Positions 10,270-21,229 are shown, counted from the stretch's first letter. The stretch is DNA of 64,000 nucleotides from Candidatus Pacearchaeota archaeon (GCA_038874355.1 JAVZCO010000001.1:322074-386073); one strand, 5' to 3'. The notes: a model not told the origin generated them from the sequence alone. Numbers and translations: made by a program.

Positions 10270-10986
10270 ATGGTATTTTATTTAATTGGTTTGGGTTTAG
10301 ACGAAAAAGCAATTAATTTGGAATCTTTAGAAATATGCAAAAAAGCACAAAAAATATTTTTAGAAAATTATACAATAAATTTTCCATACGATAAAAAAAA
10401 ATTAGAAGAAACTATAGGAAAAAGAATTTTGGAAGCAGATAGAAAATTTGTAGAAGAAGAAAAAATAATAGAAGAGGCAAAAGAAAAAGATATTGTTCTT
10501 TTAGTTTATGGATCTCCTTTAATAGCAACAACACATATTTCTTTAATAATTTCTTGTAAAAAAAGAAAAATAAAATATAAAATAATACATAATGCAAGCA
10601 TATTTGATGCAGTAAGTGAAGTAGGATTGCAAATATATAAATTTGGAAAAACAACATCTTTACCTACTTGGGAAAACAATTATAAACCAACTTCTTTTAT
10701 TAATGTAATAAAACAAAACCAGTTAATTGCTGCACATACTTTATTATTAGTTGATATAGGATTAAATAGCAAACAAGCTTTACAACAATTAGAAAAAGCA
10801 TCAAAAAATAAAATAAAATTAGAAAAAATTATAATATGCTCACAACTCGGAACAAAAAATCAAAAAATATATTATAACAGCATAGCTGAATTAAAAAAAT
10901 TAAATATAAAAGCCCCATATTCTATAATAATACCGGCTAAACTTCATTTTTTAGAAGAAGAAGCTTTAGAAAAATTAACAAAATAA
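10270..10986 (+). CDS. dph5: diphthine synthase
   Basis: N-terminal MVFYLIGLGLDEK tetrapyrrole-methylase-like fold characteristic of Dph5. 1-nt spacing from the upstream ORF. Confidence 0.8.
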   Translation: MVFYLIGLGLDEKAINLESLEICKKAQKIFLENYTINFPYDKKKLEETIGKRILEADRKFVEEEKIIEEAKEKDIVLLVYGSPLIATTHISLIISCKKRKIKYKIIHNASIFDAVSEVGLQIYKFGKTTSLPTWENNYKPTSFINVIKQNQLIAAHTLLLVDIGLNSKQALQQLEKASKNKIKLEKIIICSQLGTKNQKIYYNSIAELKKLNIKAPYSIIIPAKLHFLEEEALEKLTK

Positions 10987-11048
10987 AAAGAGAACACTAT
11001 GAAAAAATTATTTGAATTACAAAAACTAACAATATTAATGAGAATAAA

Positions 11049-11660
11049 ATGTTTACACAAAAAGAATTAAAAATAATAAAAAAATTAAATACGCCTTCGA
11101 AAATTCAGGATTTTCTTAATAAATTGAATCCTAATATTTCAAATGGGAAATATAATGATACTTGTAATTCTCCAAAACTTGTTTTAAAATATAAAAAAGC
11201 TCATTGTATAGAAGGAGCAATATTTGCAGCAGCTGTTTTAAGATATCATAATCAAGAACCATTAATTTTGGATTTAGAAGCAACCAAAAAAGATTATGAT
11301 CATGTTATTGCTCTTTTTAAAAGAAATAACAAATGGGGAGCAATTTCAAAAACAAATCATACTGTTTTAAGATATAGAGATGCTATTTATAAAAACATTA
11401 GAGAACTAGTTATGAGTTATTTTCATGAATACACTGATAATAATGGAAATAAAACATTGAGAAGATTTAGCAATCCTATAAATCTTAAAATTTTTGATAA
11501 ATATAATTGGATGGAAAGTGAAGATGAAGTTTGGTATATTCCAGAATATTTAACAAAAGTAAAACATCATGAAATTTTAACAAAAAAAGAGATCAAAAAT
11601 TTAAGAAAAGCAGATAAAATTGAAATTAAAGTAGGAAAATTAAGAGAATGGAGAAATTAA
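11049..11660 (+). CDS. transglutaminase-like cysteine-peptidase-fold protein (putative)
   Basis: Ordered Cys (KAHCIEGAIFAAAV), His (DYDHVIALF) and Asp residues resembling a transglutaminase-like catalytic core. Confidence 0.35.
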   Translation: MFTQKELKIIKKLNTPSKIQDFLNKLNPNISNGKYNDTCNSPKLVLKYKKAHCIEGAIFAAAVLRYHNQEPLILDLEATKKDYDHVIALFKRNNKWGAISKTNHTVLRYRDAIYKNIRELVMSYFHEYTDNNGNKTLRRFSNPINLKIFDKYNWMESEDEVWYIPEYLTKVKHHEILTKKEIKNLRKADKIEIKVGKLREWRN

Positions 11661-11694
11661 ATAAATTTAAAAATTTATGTAATAATAAATAAAA

Positions 11695-14526
11695 ATGAAT
11701 AAGATGGAAGAAAAAAAAATAAAAGAAAAAAATTTGCAAGAACAAGAATTAGAAATTTTGAATTTCTGGAAAGAAAATAAAATTTATGAAAAAGCTAAAA
11801 AAAAGAATAAAAAAAACAAGTATTTTTATTTAATGGACGGGCCTCCATATGCTACAGGAAATATTCATATGGGGACAGCCTTAAATAAAATATTAAAAGA
11901 TATAGCATATAGAAGTCAAAGACTACAAGGAAAAAATGTATTTGATAGAGCAGGTTATGATACTCACGGAATACCAATAGAATTTCAAATAGAAAAAGAA
12001 ATTGGAACTAAAACAAAAAAAGATATAGAAAATTATGGTATAAAAAAATTTATAGAAAAATGTAAAGAATTTGCAACACGCTTTATAAATACAATGAATT
12101 CTGAATTTGAAAATTTAGGTGTATGGATGGACTTTAAAAATCCTTACTTAACTTTAACCAATGATTATATAGAAGCAATATGGGATGTTTTTAAAGAAGC
12201 TGATAAAAAAGGTTTACTTTATTTAGGTAAGTACCCAATTCATATTTGCCCGAGATGTGAAACAGCAGTAGCTTATAATGAAATAGAATATTCTAAGCAA
12301 CAAGATACAGCTATATATGTTAAATTTCCTTTAAAGGAAAAAGAAAAAACTTTCTTAATTATATGGACTACTACGCCATGGACTTTACCAGGAAATACAG
12401 CTGTTATGATTAATCCTAATTTTATTTATTCTGAAATTGAATTAGAAAATAAAGAAAGATGGATAATAGCAAAAGATTTGGTAAAAAAGATCATGTCAGA
12501 GTTAAAATTACAATACAAAGAAATAAAAGAATATAAAGGGAAAGAGCTTGAAGGATGGAAGTATGAAAATCCCCTTTCTAAATATATAAATGTAAAAACA
12601 AAAAATGCTTATAAGGTTGTTTTGAGTGAAAGGTATGTGAATTTAGAAGAGGGAACAGGATTAGTTCATTCTGCTCCTGGTCATGGAAAAGAAGATTATG
12701 AAGTAGGAAGAGAATATAATCTTGACATATTATCTCCAATTTCTCTTGATGGTTCATTAACAGAAGAAGCTGGAAAATATAAAGGAAAAAAAGCGAGAAT
12801 AGTAGATTATGAAATAATTGAAGATTTAGAAAAAGAAGATATGCTTGTTTATAAGCATTCTTATTCACATGATTATCCTATGTGCTGGAGATGTAAATCC
12901 CCTTTACTTATGGTTTCTTTATCACAATGGTTTTTAAAGATAAGTGAAATACAAAAAGAACTATTAAAAGAAAATGAGGAAGTTAAATGGATACCCTCAT
13001 ATATGAAATTAAGAATGAAAGCATGGCTTGAAGGAATAGGAGATTGGCCTGTTTCTAGAATGAGATATTGGGGTACGCCTTTACCAATATGGATTTGTTC
13101 TAATTGTAATAGAAGACTAGTTATTGGTAGTATAAAAGAATTAGAGAAGTTATCTGGTAAAAAAATAAAAGAAATTCATAAACCAGAAATAGATGAAATA
13201 ACAATTAAATGTAAATGTAACGGGCAAATGAGAAGAGTTTCAGAAGTTTTAGATGTATGGTTTGATTCTGGAGTTAGTAGTTGGGCGGCTCTAAACTATT
13301 TAAAAGATAAAAAACAATTTAAAAAATATTGGCCAGCAGATTTAAATATAGAAGGAAAAGATCAAATAAGGGGATGGTGGAATTCTCAACTTATATTATC
13401 TTTTATCAAATTTGGTAAAAAACCATTCAAAAGTATTTCTGTTCATGGAATGGTTTTAGATTTGGGAAAAAGAAAAATGTCAAAATCTTTAGGTAATATA
13501 ATAACCCCACAAGAAATTATAGATAAATATGGAAGAGATTATTTAAGATATTATTTTGCAAAGATTTCAAAAGGAGAAGATATATCTTTTGATGAAAAAG
13601 AATTTATCAATATAAAAAATGTATTTAGAGTTTTTATTAATATAAATAATTATATTGATCAATTAGAAAAAAATAAATCAAAAATTGAAATAGAAGATAA
13701 ATGGATTCTATCAAAATATAATAGCTTGATTAAGAATGTTATAGAAAGTTATAATAATTATAAATTTTTTGAGATTATTAGATATTTAGAAGAATTTTTA
13801 ATAGAGGATTTTTCAAAAACTTACATTCAACTTACTCGAACGAGAAGTAATGAAATTTATTATACTACTAACGAAATTAGAATCGGATTATTAAAATTAT
13901 TTGCTCCTATAATACCATTCTTAACAGAAAAAATATGGCAAGAATTAAAAAATAAAAAAATAGTTAAAGAAGAATCCATTCATTTAACAAATTTTCCAAA
14001 AATAAATAATAAACTTATAAACAAAAAAATAGAAAAAGAATTTCTTTTAGCGAAAAAAATTATAGAAATTGTATTAAGAGAAAGGGATAAAGAAAAAACA
14101 GGATTAAAATGGCCTTTATCTAAAGCAATTATAAAAATAAAAAAAGAGGATTCTCTTTCAAAGGATATTATAAATATCCTTTTAAGATATCTTAATATAA
14201 AAAAAATAGAAATCTTAAGAGGAGAAGAACTATCTGTTGATTTAGATACAAAAATAACTCCAGAATTAGAATCTGAAGGTTATGCACGAGAAATAACAAG
14301 AAGAATACAAGAAGAAAGAAAAAAAGCAGGATTAATAAAAAAAGATTTTATAGAATTAAAAATACAACTCTCAAAAAATTTATTTTATAAATTAAAAAAT
14401 TTTGAGAAATTCATTAAAGAAAAAGTTAATGCAAAAAAGATTTTAATAACTAAAGAAAATTTATTAGAAGGTATAGAATTTAATATAAAAGAAGAAAAAA
14501 TAAAAATATATTTTAAAAAAATATAA
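11695..14526 (+). CDS. ileS: isoleucyl-tRNA synthetase
   Basis: HIGH-type motif PPYATGNIHMGTA, editing-domain block WTTTPWTLPGN, zinc-binding CWRCKSPL, KMSKS. 943 aa. Confidence 0.75.
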   Translation: MNKMEEKKIKEKNLQEQELEILNFWKENKIYEKAKKKNKKNKYFYLMDGPPYATGNIHMGTALNKILKDIAYRSQRLQGKNVFDRAGYDTHGIPIEFQIEKEIGTKTKKDIENYGIKKFIEKCKEFATRFINTMNSEFENLGVWMDFKNPYLTLTNDYIEAIWDVFKEADKKGLLYLGKYPIHICPRCETAVAYNEIEYSKQQDTAIYVKFPLKEKEKTFLIIWTTTPWTLPGNTAVMINPNFIYSEIELENKERWIIAKDLVKKIMSELKLQYKEIKEYKGKELEGWKYENPLSKYINVKTKNAYKVVLSERYVNLEEGTGLVHSAPGHGKEDYEVGREYNLDILSPISLDGSLTEEAGKYKGKKARIVDYEIIEDLEKEDMLVYKHSYSHDYPMCWRCKSPLLMVSLSQWFLKISEIQKELLKENEEVKWIPSYMKLRMKAWLEGIGDWPVSRMRYWGTPLPIWICSNCNRRLVIGSIKELEKLSGKKIKEIHKPEIDEITIKCKCNGQMRRVSEVLDVWFDSGVSSWAALNYLKDKKQFKKYWPADLNIEGKDQIRGWWNSQLILSFIKFGKKPFKSISVHGMVLDLGKRKMSKSLGNIITPQEIIDKYGRDYLRYYFAKISKGEDISFDEKEFINIKNVFRVFININNYIDQLEKNKSKIEIEDKWILSKYNSLIKNVIESYNNYKFFEIIRYLEEFLIEDFSKTYIQLTRTRSNEIYYTTNEIRIGLLKLFAPIIPFLTEKIWQELKNKKIVKEESIHLTNFPKINNKLINKKIEKEFLLAKKIIEIVLRERDKEKTGLKWPLSKAIIKIKKEDSLSKDIINILLRYLNIKKIEILRGEELSVDLDTKITPELESEGYAREITRRIQEERKKAGLIKKDFIELKIQLSKNLFYKLKNFEKFIKEKVNAKKILITKENLLEGIEFNIKEEKIKIYFKKI

Positions 14527-14623
14527 TTTACTATTATCAAATAATAATAAATATATAATCATATTATAGTAATACCTTATAAAAATATTTATAAAGTCAC
14601 TTTACCATATATAAAAAATTAAA

Positions 14624-15430
14624 ATGATAGTAAAAGAAGAGTTTTTAAGCAGATTAAGAAAGATTTTTGATTTAAATTTATATGAAGTTAAGGTTTGGTC
14701 AGCATTGTTATCAAGAGGTATCTCTACAGCAGGAGAATTAAGCACAATAAGCGATGTTCCTAGGAGCAGAACATATGATATATTAGAATCTTTGGAAAAA
14801 AAAGGATTTATTGTGATGAAATTAGGAAAACCAATAAAATTTGTTGCTTTGAAACCAGAAGAAGTTATAGAAAGAGTTAAAAAAAATCTTGTAAAAGAAG
14901 CACATGAAAAATCTAAAAGATTAGAAGCATTAAAAGGAGAAGATGTTTTAAAAGAATTGACAGAACTTTATAACAAAGGTATTAAATATGTTGAACCAAC
15001 AGAGTTAAGCGGAAGTTTGAGAGGAAGACAAAATATCTATAATCATATGGACATGCTTATAAGAGAAGCTGAAAAAACTATAATCATTACAACAACTGCC
15101 GATGGTTTAAATAGAAAGCTTGAATCATTATTACCAAGTTTAGAAAAAGCAAAAAAAAGAGGAGTAAAAATAAGAATTGCCGCTCCTATCAATACATCTA
15201 ATCAAAAAATAGCAAAAGAATTATCTAAAGTTGCAGAAGTAAGAGATTCTGATGGATTAAAAGCAAGATTTATGATAGTTGATTCTGAACAAGTTATGTT
15301 TATGTTATTGGATGATGAACAAACCCATCCAAGTTATGATGTTGGAGTTTGGATTAATACAGAATTTTTTGCTAGTGCATTAGAACAATTATTTGAATTG
15401 GCATGGAAAACATTTAAACCAATAAAATAA
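14624..15430 (+). CDS. TrmB-family transcriptional regulator
   Basis: N-terminal HTH (GELSTISDVPRSRTYDILESLEKKGFI) followed by a TrmB-type C-terminal domain. Confidence 0.6.
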   Translation: MIVKEEFLSRLRKIFDLNLYEVKVWSALLSRGISTAGELSTISDVPRSRTYDILESLEKKGFIVMKLGKPIKFVALKPEEVIERVKKNLVKEAHEKSKRLEALKGEDVLKELTELYNKGIKYVEPTELSGSLRGRQNIYNHMDMLIREAEKTIIITTTADGLNRKLESLLPSLEKAKKRGVKIRIAAPINTSNQKIAKELSKVAEVRDSDGLKARFMIVDSEQVMFMLLDDEQTHPSYDVGVWINTEFFASALEQLFELAWKTFKPIK

Positions 15431-15548
15431 ATTTGTATAATAAAAAGAGGTTAAGTAAATAAAGATTTTTTTATTTATAAAATTCTAAATTTTTATTAAT
15501 TTTTTATACCCTATACCTTTTAATTTTATTCTTTGTTTATAGAAAGTT

Positions 15549-16844
15549 TTATTTTATTATTTCTCCTAATAAATAATTTGTAAAACTATTTATTACTCTT
15601 ACATTAACAAATTTTCCTAAAAGTTTTTTATCATCGGTTTTTAAAACAATTGGTTTATAAAAAATATTTCTCGCTATAAGTAAATTATTTTTAAACTCAT
15701 CTATAATGATTTTTCCCTTCCAATTTATCCATTTTTTATTTTCTTCTTCTGATATTTTTTTGCAAATCTCTGACAATTTTTTTATTCTTTCTTTTGCTAT
15801 TTTGACATCAATTTGTTTTTCTTTTGCCGCTTTTGTTCCTTTCATTGGCCAATATTTTGTATAATTTATAATATCCGGTTTAATTTTTTTTATTACCTTT
15901 ATAGTTTCTTTAAAATCTTTTTCTGTTTCACTAGGGTAAGCAACTATTATATCTGTAGATATTGTTATATTTGGTATTTCTTTTCTAAATTTTTTGACTA
16001 TATAAAGAAAATCTTCAACTTTGTAGTACCTATTCATTTCTTTTAGTATTCTATTGCTACCAGATTGTAAAGGAATATGTAAAAATTTAAACATCTTATC
16101 ATTTTTATAAATTCTAATTAAATCATTTAATATAGGAAGAACATTATTTGGATTCATCATACCAACTCTAACAAAAAAATTTTCTTTTAGTGATAAAATT
16201 TTTTCTAAAAGATCTGGCAATTCTCTTTTTCCTCTTTCTAAACCATAAGAAGCATTATCTTGTGAAGTAATCCATATTTCTTTACATCCACTTTTTAAGT
16301 CTTTTTTTATATTTTCTATTATTTTATCTTGAGGGTAAGAAAAAAGTTTTCCTTTTGCTAATTTAGTTATGCAAAAATTACAATTTCCTAAACATCCTTC
16401 ACTAATTTGCGTTATTCCTATTACTTCATTTTTTTTTATTTTTTCTAAACAAAGCTTTATTTCTTTTTTATAAGAAAGATATTCTTCTATTTTATATTTT
16501 TTATTTCTTATATCATAAATTAATTTTAAAATATCCTTATAATGATGTGTTCCTAATAAAAAAACATTCTTTAATTTTCCCAATTCTTTACTTCTTACTT
16601 CTGGCATACATCCAGCAACAATAAGTGATTTATTTAATTTAGATAAATCGCTAATTCTTCTTTCCATTTTCTTTTCTGTAGGACCTTTAACAATACAGGT
16701 ATTTATAATTAAAATATCAGCTAATCTTTCATTTATAACAATATTAAAACCACTTTTTGTTAGAATGCCTTTTAAAATTTCTGCATTATTTTGATTAGCA
16801 GAACAACCATAACTTTCTATGTATATATTTTTTATTTCTGACAT
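15549..16844 (-). CDS. MiaB-like tRNA methylthiotransferase (radical SAM, MtaB/CDKAL1-type)
   Basis: N-terminal MTTase domain (YIESYGCSANQNN), radical-SAM CxxxCxxC (CLGNCNFC), C-terminal TRAM-like region. Confidence 0.8.
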   Translation of the reverse strand: MSEIKNIYIESYGCSANQNNAEILKGILTKSGFNIVINERLADILIINTCIVKGPTEKKMERRISDLSKLNKSLIVAGCMPEVRSKELGKLKNVFLLGTHHYKDILKLIYDIRNKKYKIEEYLSYKKEIKLCLEKIKKNEVIGITQISEGCLGNCNFCITKLAKGKLFSYPQDKIIENIKKDLKSGCKEIWITSQDNASYGLERGKRELPDLLEKILSLKENFFVRVGMMNPNNVLPILNDLIRIYKNDKMFKFLHIPLQSGSNRILKEMNRYYKVEDFLYIVKKFRKEIPNITISTDIIVAYPSETEKDFKETIKVIKKIKPDIINYTKYWPMKGTKAAKEKQIDVKIAKERIKKLSEICKKISEEENKKWINWKGKIIIDEFKNNLLIARNIFYKPIVLKTDDKKLLGKFVNVRVINSFTNYLLGEIIK

Positions 16845-16980
16845 TTTAATTATACTATTTTATAAAAAATTCTCTTTTAAACTTTTTATTCTTTATTTTA
16901 TTATATAAAAAGGATAAATATAAACTTAATTAATTAAAAAAATGTAAAATTTATATACCCCGTTTAAAGATTAATTTAAT

Positions 16981-17334
16981 ATGGAAAAATCGAAGAAATA
17001 TTGGGAAAAATATGAAAAACTTTCAAATGAATGGAAATTATATGAGAAACTTGTTAAAAATGTCTTGAAGAATCTCAATGGAAAGAATTATCATCTTAAT
17101 ATAGAAAAAAGAAATAAAAAAAGAATAGAAGGTATACTTTCTAATAAAGATGATGAGTTAATACTAGAAACAGAAAACAAAAAATATAATTTAGGAAATA
17201 TGAATCATGCCACTGAATTATTCTTAGAGAAGTATATTTATGGAATCTCATGTTTTCAATATGGAGAGATAAAAGAGATGGCTAGATATTTAGAAAATTC
17301 TTTAAAAGAAAAAGGGTTTATAATTAAAAAATAA
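16981..17334 (+). CDS. hypothetical protein
   Basis: 117-aa ORF with no recognised motif. Confidence 0.3.
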   Translation: MEKSKKYWEKYEKLSNEWKLYEKLVKNVLKNLNGKNYHLNIEKRNKKRIEGILSNKDDELILETENKKYNLGNMNHATELFLEKYIYGISCFQYGEIKEMARYLENSLKEKGFIIKK

Positions 17335-17394
17335 ATAATTTTACATAAAAAAATTTATAAACATATTTTTCTTTTAAATTAAAATTAAATAAAA

Positions 17395-17400
17395 GGAGGT
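17395..17400 (+). promoter_or_regulatory. strong Shine-Dalgarno GGAGGT 3 nt upstream of the ATG at 17404
   Basis: aaaGGAGGTaaaATG. Same context precedes two other small genes (29141, and 21917 on the minus strand). Confidence 0.5.
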
Positions 17401-17403
17401 AAA

Positions 17404-17832
17404 ATGTTTGGAAATTCTTTAGGTTACGGAAGCGGAATTGCAGATATTCCAATAATTGGAGCGTTATTTGCTTTTCTTTGGGTATTTTTAGTAATAATTC
17501 TTGCTTTGTATGTTTACCTTTCTTTTGCTTATATGGCAATAGCAAGAAAAGCAAATTATAAATATCCTGCAATTGCATGGATTCCTGGTATAGGGCCATT
17601 AATAATAATAAATAGAATAGCAGAGATGCATTGGTGGCCAATTCTTTTAATTCTAGCTAATTGGATTCCAATAATAGGAATTATAGCATCAGCAGTTCTT
17701 TTTGTCTTTTCTATAATTTGGTTATGGAAAACATTTGAAAAAATAAATAAACCTGGTTGGTGGGCTATACTTTTCTTAATACCAATTGTTAATATAATAA
17801 TATTAGGAATTGCCGCTTGGAGTAAGGATTAA
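17404..17832 (+). CDS. integral membrane protein with internal W-I-P-x-I-G repeats
   Basis: 142 aa with four hydrophobic helices and repeated WIPGIGPLII / WIPIIGIIAS / LIPIVNIII segments. Strong SD upstream. Confidence 0.45.
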   Translation: MFGNSLGYGSGIADIPIIGALFAFLWVFLVIILALYVYLSFAYMAIARKANYKYPAIAWIPGIGPLIIINRIAEMHWWPILLILANWIPIIGIIASAVLFVFSIIWLWKTFEKINKPGWWAILFLIPIVNIIILGIAAWSKD

Positions 17833-17990
17833 TTTATTTTTTCTTTTTTTTATTTTATTTTTTTATTTAAAACTACACAAATTTATTCTATTGTTAATTA
17901 TAAGAAAATTATTTTTAAAGATTTAAAAAATACAATTATATAAATAAAAAATAATATAATATTTAAATTAATATCAACAAATTAATAAAA

Positions 17991-18881
17991 ATGAAAGAAA
18001 AAATTGAAAATATTATTAAAGAAGCAAAGAAAAAGCCAATTCAAGAACTATTACAATTTTCTATTCTTAATATAGATAAACCTTCTGGATTAACATCATT
18101 TTCTGTAGATGAATATATAAGAAAAAAATTAAACATAAAAAAAACAAGTCATTTTGGCACACTCGATCCGAAAGTTACAGGGGTTTTGCCAATATCTTTG
18201 GGTAGAGCTTGTAGGTTAATGGAATATTTTATTCACAGGGAAAAAACTTATGTTGGAATAATGCATCTTCATAAAGATATAGAAGAAAAAATTTTAAAAG
18301 ATGAAATAATAAAATTTATCGGAAAAATAAAACAATTGCCTCCAAAAAGAAGTAGAGTTAAAAGACAAGAAAGAATAAGAACAATATATGAATTTGAAAT
18401 TCTAGAAAAAAAAGATAAAGATGTTTTATTTAAAGTTAGATGTGAAGCTGGGACTTATATAAGAAAATTAATTCATGATGTTGGTCTATCACTAAAATGT
18501 AATGCACATATGACAGAATTAAGAAGAATAAAAGCAAGTATTTTTTCTGAAGAGGATGAAGAATTTATCAATTTATATGAATTTGATAAAGTTATAGAAG
18601 ATTACAAAAAAGGAAATGAAAATCTCTTAAGAAAAATTTTAATTCCAGCAGAAATTGTTTGTAAAATTTTACCTTTCATAGAGATAAAAGAATATGAAGA
18701 AATATTAAAAAAACTTTATAATGGTTATAAAGTAAAACAAGAGATGCTAAAAGAAAAATTTAAATTAAAAGAAAATGAAATATTCTGTTTATTTTATAGT
18801 AAAAAATTTGTAGGTATTTATAAAACAATAAATCAAAAAGATATTTTAGCAATTCCGGAATTCGTATATAAACCATTATAA
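17991..18881 (+). CDS. cbf5: tRNA/rRNA pseudouridine synthase Cbf5 (TruB family) with PUA domain
   Basis: Catalytic block HFGTLDPKVTGVLPISLGRA, with a C-terminal PUA-like region. Confidence 0.85.
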   Translation: MKEKIENIIKEAKKKPIQELLQFSILNIDKPSGLTSFSVDEYIRKKLNIKKTSHFGTLDPKVTGVLPISLGRACRLMEYFIHREKTYVGIMHLHKDIEEKILKDEIIKFIGKIKQLPPKRSRVKRQERIRTIYEFEILEKKDKDVLFKVRCEAGTYIRKLIHDVGLSLKCNAHMTELRRIKASIFSEEDEEFINLYEFDKVIEDYKKGNENLLRKILIPAEIVCKILPFIEIKEYEEILKKLYNGYKVKQEMLKEKFKLKENEIFCLFYSKKFVGIYKTINQKDILAIPEFVYKPL

Positions 18882-18916
18882 TAATCTTTATAAATCAAAA
18901 ATTTTTTATAAAAAAA

Positions 18917-19432
18917 ATGAAAAGAATAAATAATAATGAAAAAGATTTTTTAGAATATCAAGGATTGAGTTTTTTTTCTGTTTATAACTTAGCAAATAAA
19001 AATACAATTTACGAATTTAAAAAATTGCCAAATCTACTTAAAAGATTGTGTTATAAAGATGGATTAATAATAGAACTTGAAGAAGATCTTTTTGAAAAAA
19101 TAAAGAAAGGTGAAGGGATTGGAATGGGCGCTATTTATGATAAAGAATTAGGAGAAATTTTAAAAAAAGCAAGGACTTATGAAGGAAAATTAAAAATGTT
19201 AGAAGAAGGAATAAAAAATTTTTTAATACCTTACATTGAAGTAATATTAAGAAGAACTGCAAAAAAATATTTTGAAATGTCAATAGATACAAATAATCCT
19301 AAAGAATTAGAAAAAAGTTTTATTGCAAGAGAAACATTAGTTTCTTATCAACAAGGAAAACCTATAATAATTAATGGAATAATTATTTCAAAACCTTTAG
19401 AAGGTTATAAAGATCTTTTTTTATCTTATTAA
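18917..19432 (+). CDS. hypothetical protein
   Basis: 171-aa ORF downstream of cbf5 with no motif. Confidence 0.3.
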   Translation: MKRINNNEKDFLEYQGLSFFSVYNLANKNTIYEFKKLPNLLKRLCYKDGLIIELEEDLFEKIKKGEGIGMGAIYDKELGEILKKARTYEGKLKMLEEGIKNFLIPYIEVILRRTAKKYFEMSIDTNNPKELEKSFIARETLVSYQQGKPIIINGIIISKPLEGYKDLFLSY

Positions 19433-19451
19433 AATTTATTTAAAGAAAAAA

Positions 19452-19697
19452 ATGTATAACAAAAAGGAAATAGAAAAAAATCTTATTTTATTAGAACATG
19501 TTATAAATAGAGATTTTCCAAAAGCTTATGAAAAAAAGCATAGAGAAAATATAATAAGAACAAATATATTTGCAGAGTTGGGATTAGAATCTTTATCTCT
19601 TCTTAAAGAAGATAATTATTTAAAAGAAGTAAAAGAAAAAATAAAAAAATATTTAAAAGATTCTAAGAAAATTTTAAATAAATATAACTTAGAATGA
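19452..19697 (+). CDS. hypothetical small protein
   Basis: 81-aa K/E-rich ORF. Confidence 0.25.
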   Translation: MYNKKEIEKNLILLEHVINRDFPKAYEKKHRENIIRTNIFAELGLESLSLLKEDNYLKEVKEKIKKYLKDSKKILNKYNLE

Positions 19698-19801
19698 AAA
19701 TATTAAATATTAGAAAAATATCAAAAATTATTAAATAATAAAATAAATTTTATTAAAAATTATATAAAAAAGATTATAAATGTATTTTATTTTTATTATT
19801 A

Positions 19802-20380
19802 ATGAGAGAATTTATTTATTTTAGCAGTAAAGCACACACTTCTGGTAATTTTAAAGATTTGATGAAAGCCGGAAGATTAGATATTGCCATTCATTTTATA
19901 ATTAACTCTTTTTTTCTAAGTAATAATATAAGAGATGACGTAAAATTACATTTAATTTTTTATGGGCCACCAACTCCACCAAGACATATAACATTAATAT
20001 CTAATAAAGATATTCCAATAAGTAAAAAAGATGTTGCAGGTTTAATAAAAAGAATGCTTTTTAAATATAAAGGAAAAGATGTAGAAGAGATATATCCTGG
20101 ATGCTTTATAGACAAAAAAAATTTTTTTGATGTTATAGAAGAAAAATTAAAAGAAAAAAAAAGAATAATAATTTTAGATAAAGATGGAATAAGCATAGAA
20201 AAGGAAAATATAAATAAGGATTGTGTTTTTGTTGTAGGTGATCATAAAGGTTTGCCTCTAAAAGAGATTAAAAGACTAAAAAAAATAGCAGAAAGAGTTT
20301 CGCTTGGAAAAAAAACTTATTTTGCTAGTCATGTTATTACGATAATTAATTATTTACTTGATAAAAAAGAAGAAAATTAA
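19802..20380 (+). CDS. SPOUT-class methyltransferase, TrmY-like (putative tRNA pseudouridine54 N1-methyltransferase)
   Basis: N-terminus FIYFSSKAHTSGNFKDL...GRLDIAIHFIINSFFLSNNIRDDVKLHLIFYGPPTPP follows the COG1901/DUF358 TrmY pattern. Confidence 0.5.
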   Translation: MREFIYFSSKAHTSGNFKDLMKAGRLDIAIHFIINSFFLSNNIRDDVKLHLIFYGPPTPPRHITLISNKDIPISKKDVAGLIKRMLFKYKGKDVEEIYPGCFIDKKNFFDVIEEKLKEKKRIIILDKDGISIEKENINKDCVFVVGDHKGLPLKEIKRLKKIAERVSLGKKTYFASHVITIINYLLDKKEEN

Positions 20381-20892
20381 AATTTTCTTAATCCAAGAGA
20401 TTCTGGTTTATACCTTTTTCTTGACTTTTCTAAATAATTATAAACTTTCGAATGTTTATATCCAGAAATAAGATTTTTTATCGCATTCTCTGCTTCTCTT
20501 ATTTTATCAAAAGTTCCTATTATAGAAACTTCATTATCATGCAATGTTATGTAACAATCAGATAATTGTTCTATTAATTTTATAGATTTTGCATTTTTTC
20601 CTATTATCCTCGCTTTAATATCTTTCATTAATCTTGTTTTTCTTGTAAATTTTTTTATTGGGATATTTTCTAAAATATAATCAGAATTTAATAGTAAAAA
20701 AGATATTTCTTCTGAAAAATTTTTATCAAGAGCATCTATAACCCTTTCCGCAGAATAAATATCTACAGAATCTCCTTCAAAAAAAATCTGTTTATTATTT
20801 TTATCTATTTTTAATTTTACATTAAGTTCTTTTTCTAATCTTTTCTTATCCTTTAATACTTTTTTTATAGTAGATTTTTTTACAGATAGCAT
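20377..20892 (-). CDS. KH-domain RNA-binding protein (Dim2/Pno1-like)
   Basis: Tandem KH-like segments. Archaeal KH proteins commonly neighbour eIF1A. 4-nt overlap with the upstream gene. Confidence 0.5.
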   Translation of the reverse strand: MLSVKKSTIKKVLKDKKRLEKELNVKLKIDKNNKQIFFEGDSVDIYSAERVIDALDKNFSEEISFLLLNSDYILENIPIKKFTRKTRLMKDIKARIIGKNAKSIKLIEQLSDCYITLHDNEVSIIGTFDKIREAENAIKNLISGYKHSKVYNYLEKSRKRYKPESLGLRKF

Positions 20893-20902
20893 TTTTTATT
20901 TT

Positions 20903-21229
20903 TTAAATCTTTTCTTCTATTATTTTTAAGAAACCCCTTCTTTTTAACCATTCTATTTGGGAATTATTATACTTATAAATAATATCCCCCTTGCTATCAT
21001 CATATTCCCATGGTTCAACAATTACTATGTCGCCCTCTCTTAACCACAAATTTCTTTGTAATCTACCAGGAACTCTACAATTTCTTGTTTTATCATCAAA
21101 ACATTTAACAATCATTCTTATACCTCCAACTCTTTGCTCTACTATACCTATGACTTCTTTTCCTTTGGGTAGAGGAGCTCTAGTTATTACTTGATTTTCT
21201 TGTTCTTCATTTTTACTATTTTTATCCAT
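20903..21229 (-). CDS. eif1a: translation initiation factor 1A (aIF1A/eIF1A)
   Basis: S1-like OB fold with the typical IGIVEQRVGGIRMIVKCFDDKTRNCRVPGRLQRNLWLREGDIVIVEPWEY. Confidence 0.85.
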   Translation of the reverse strand: MDKNSKNEEQENQVITRAPLPKGKEVIGIVEQRVGGIRMIVKCFDDKTRNCRVPGRLQRNLWLREGDIVIVEPWEYDDSKGDIIYKYNNSQIEWLKRRGFLKIIEEKI

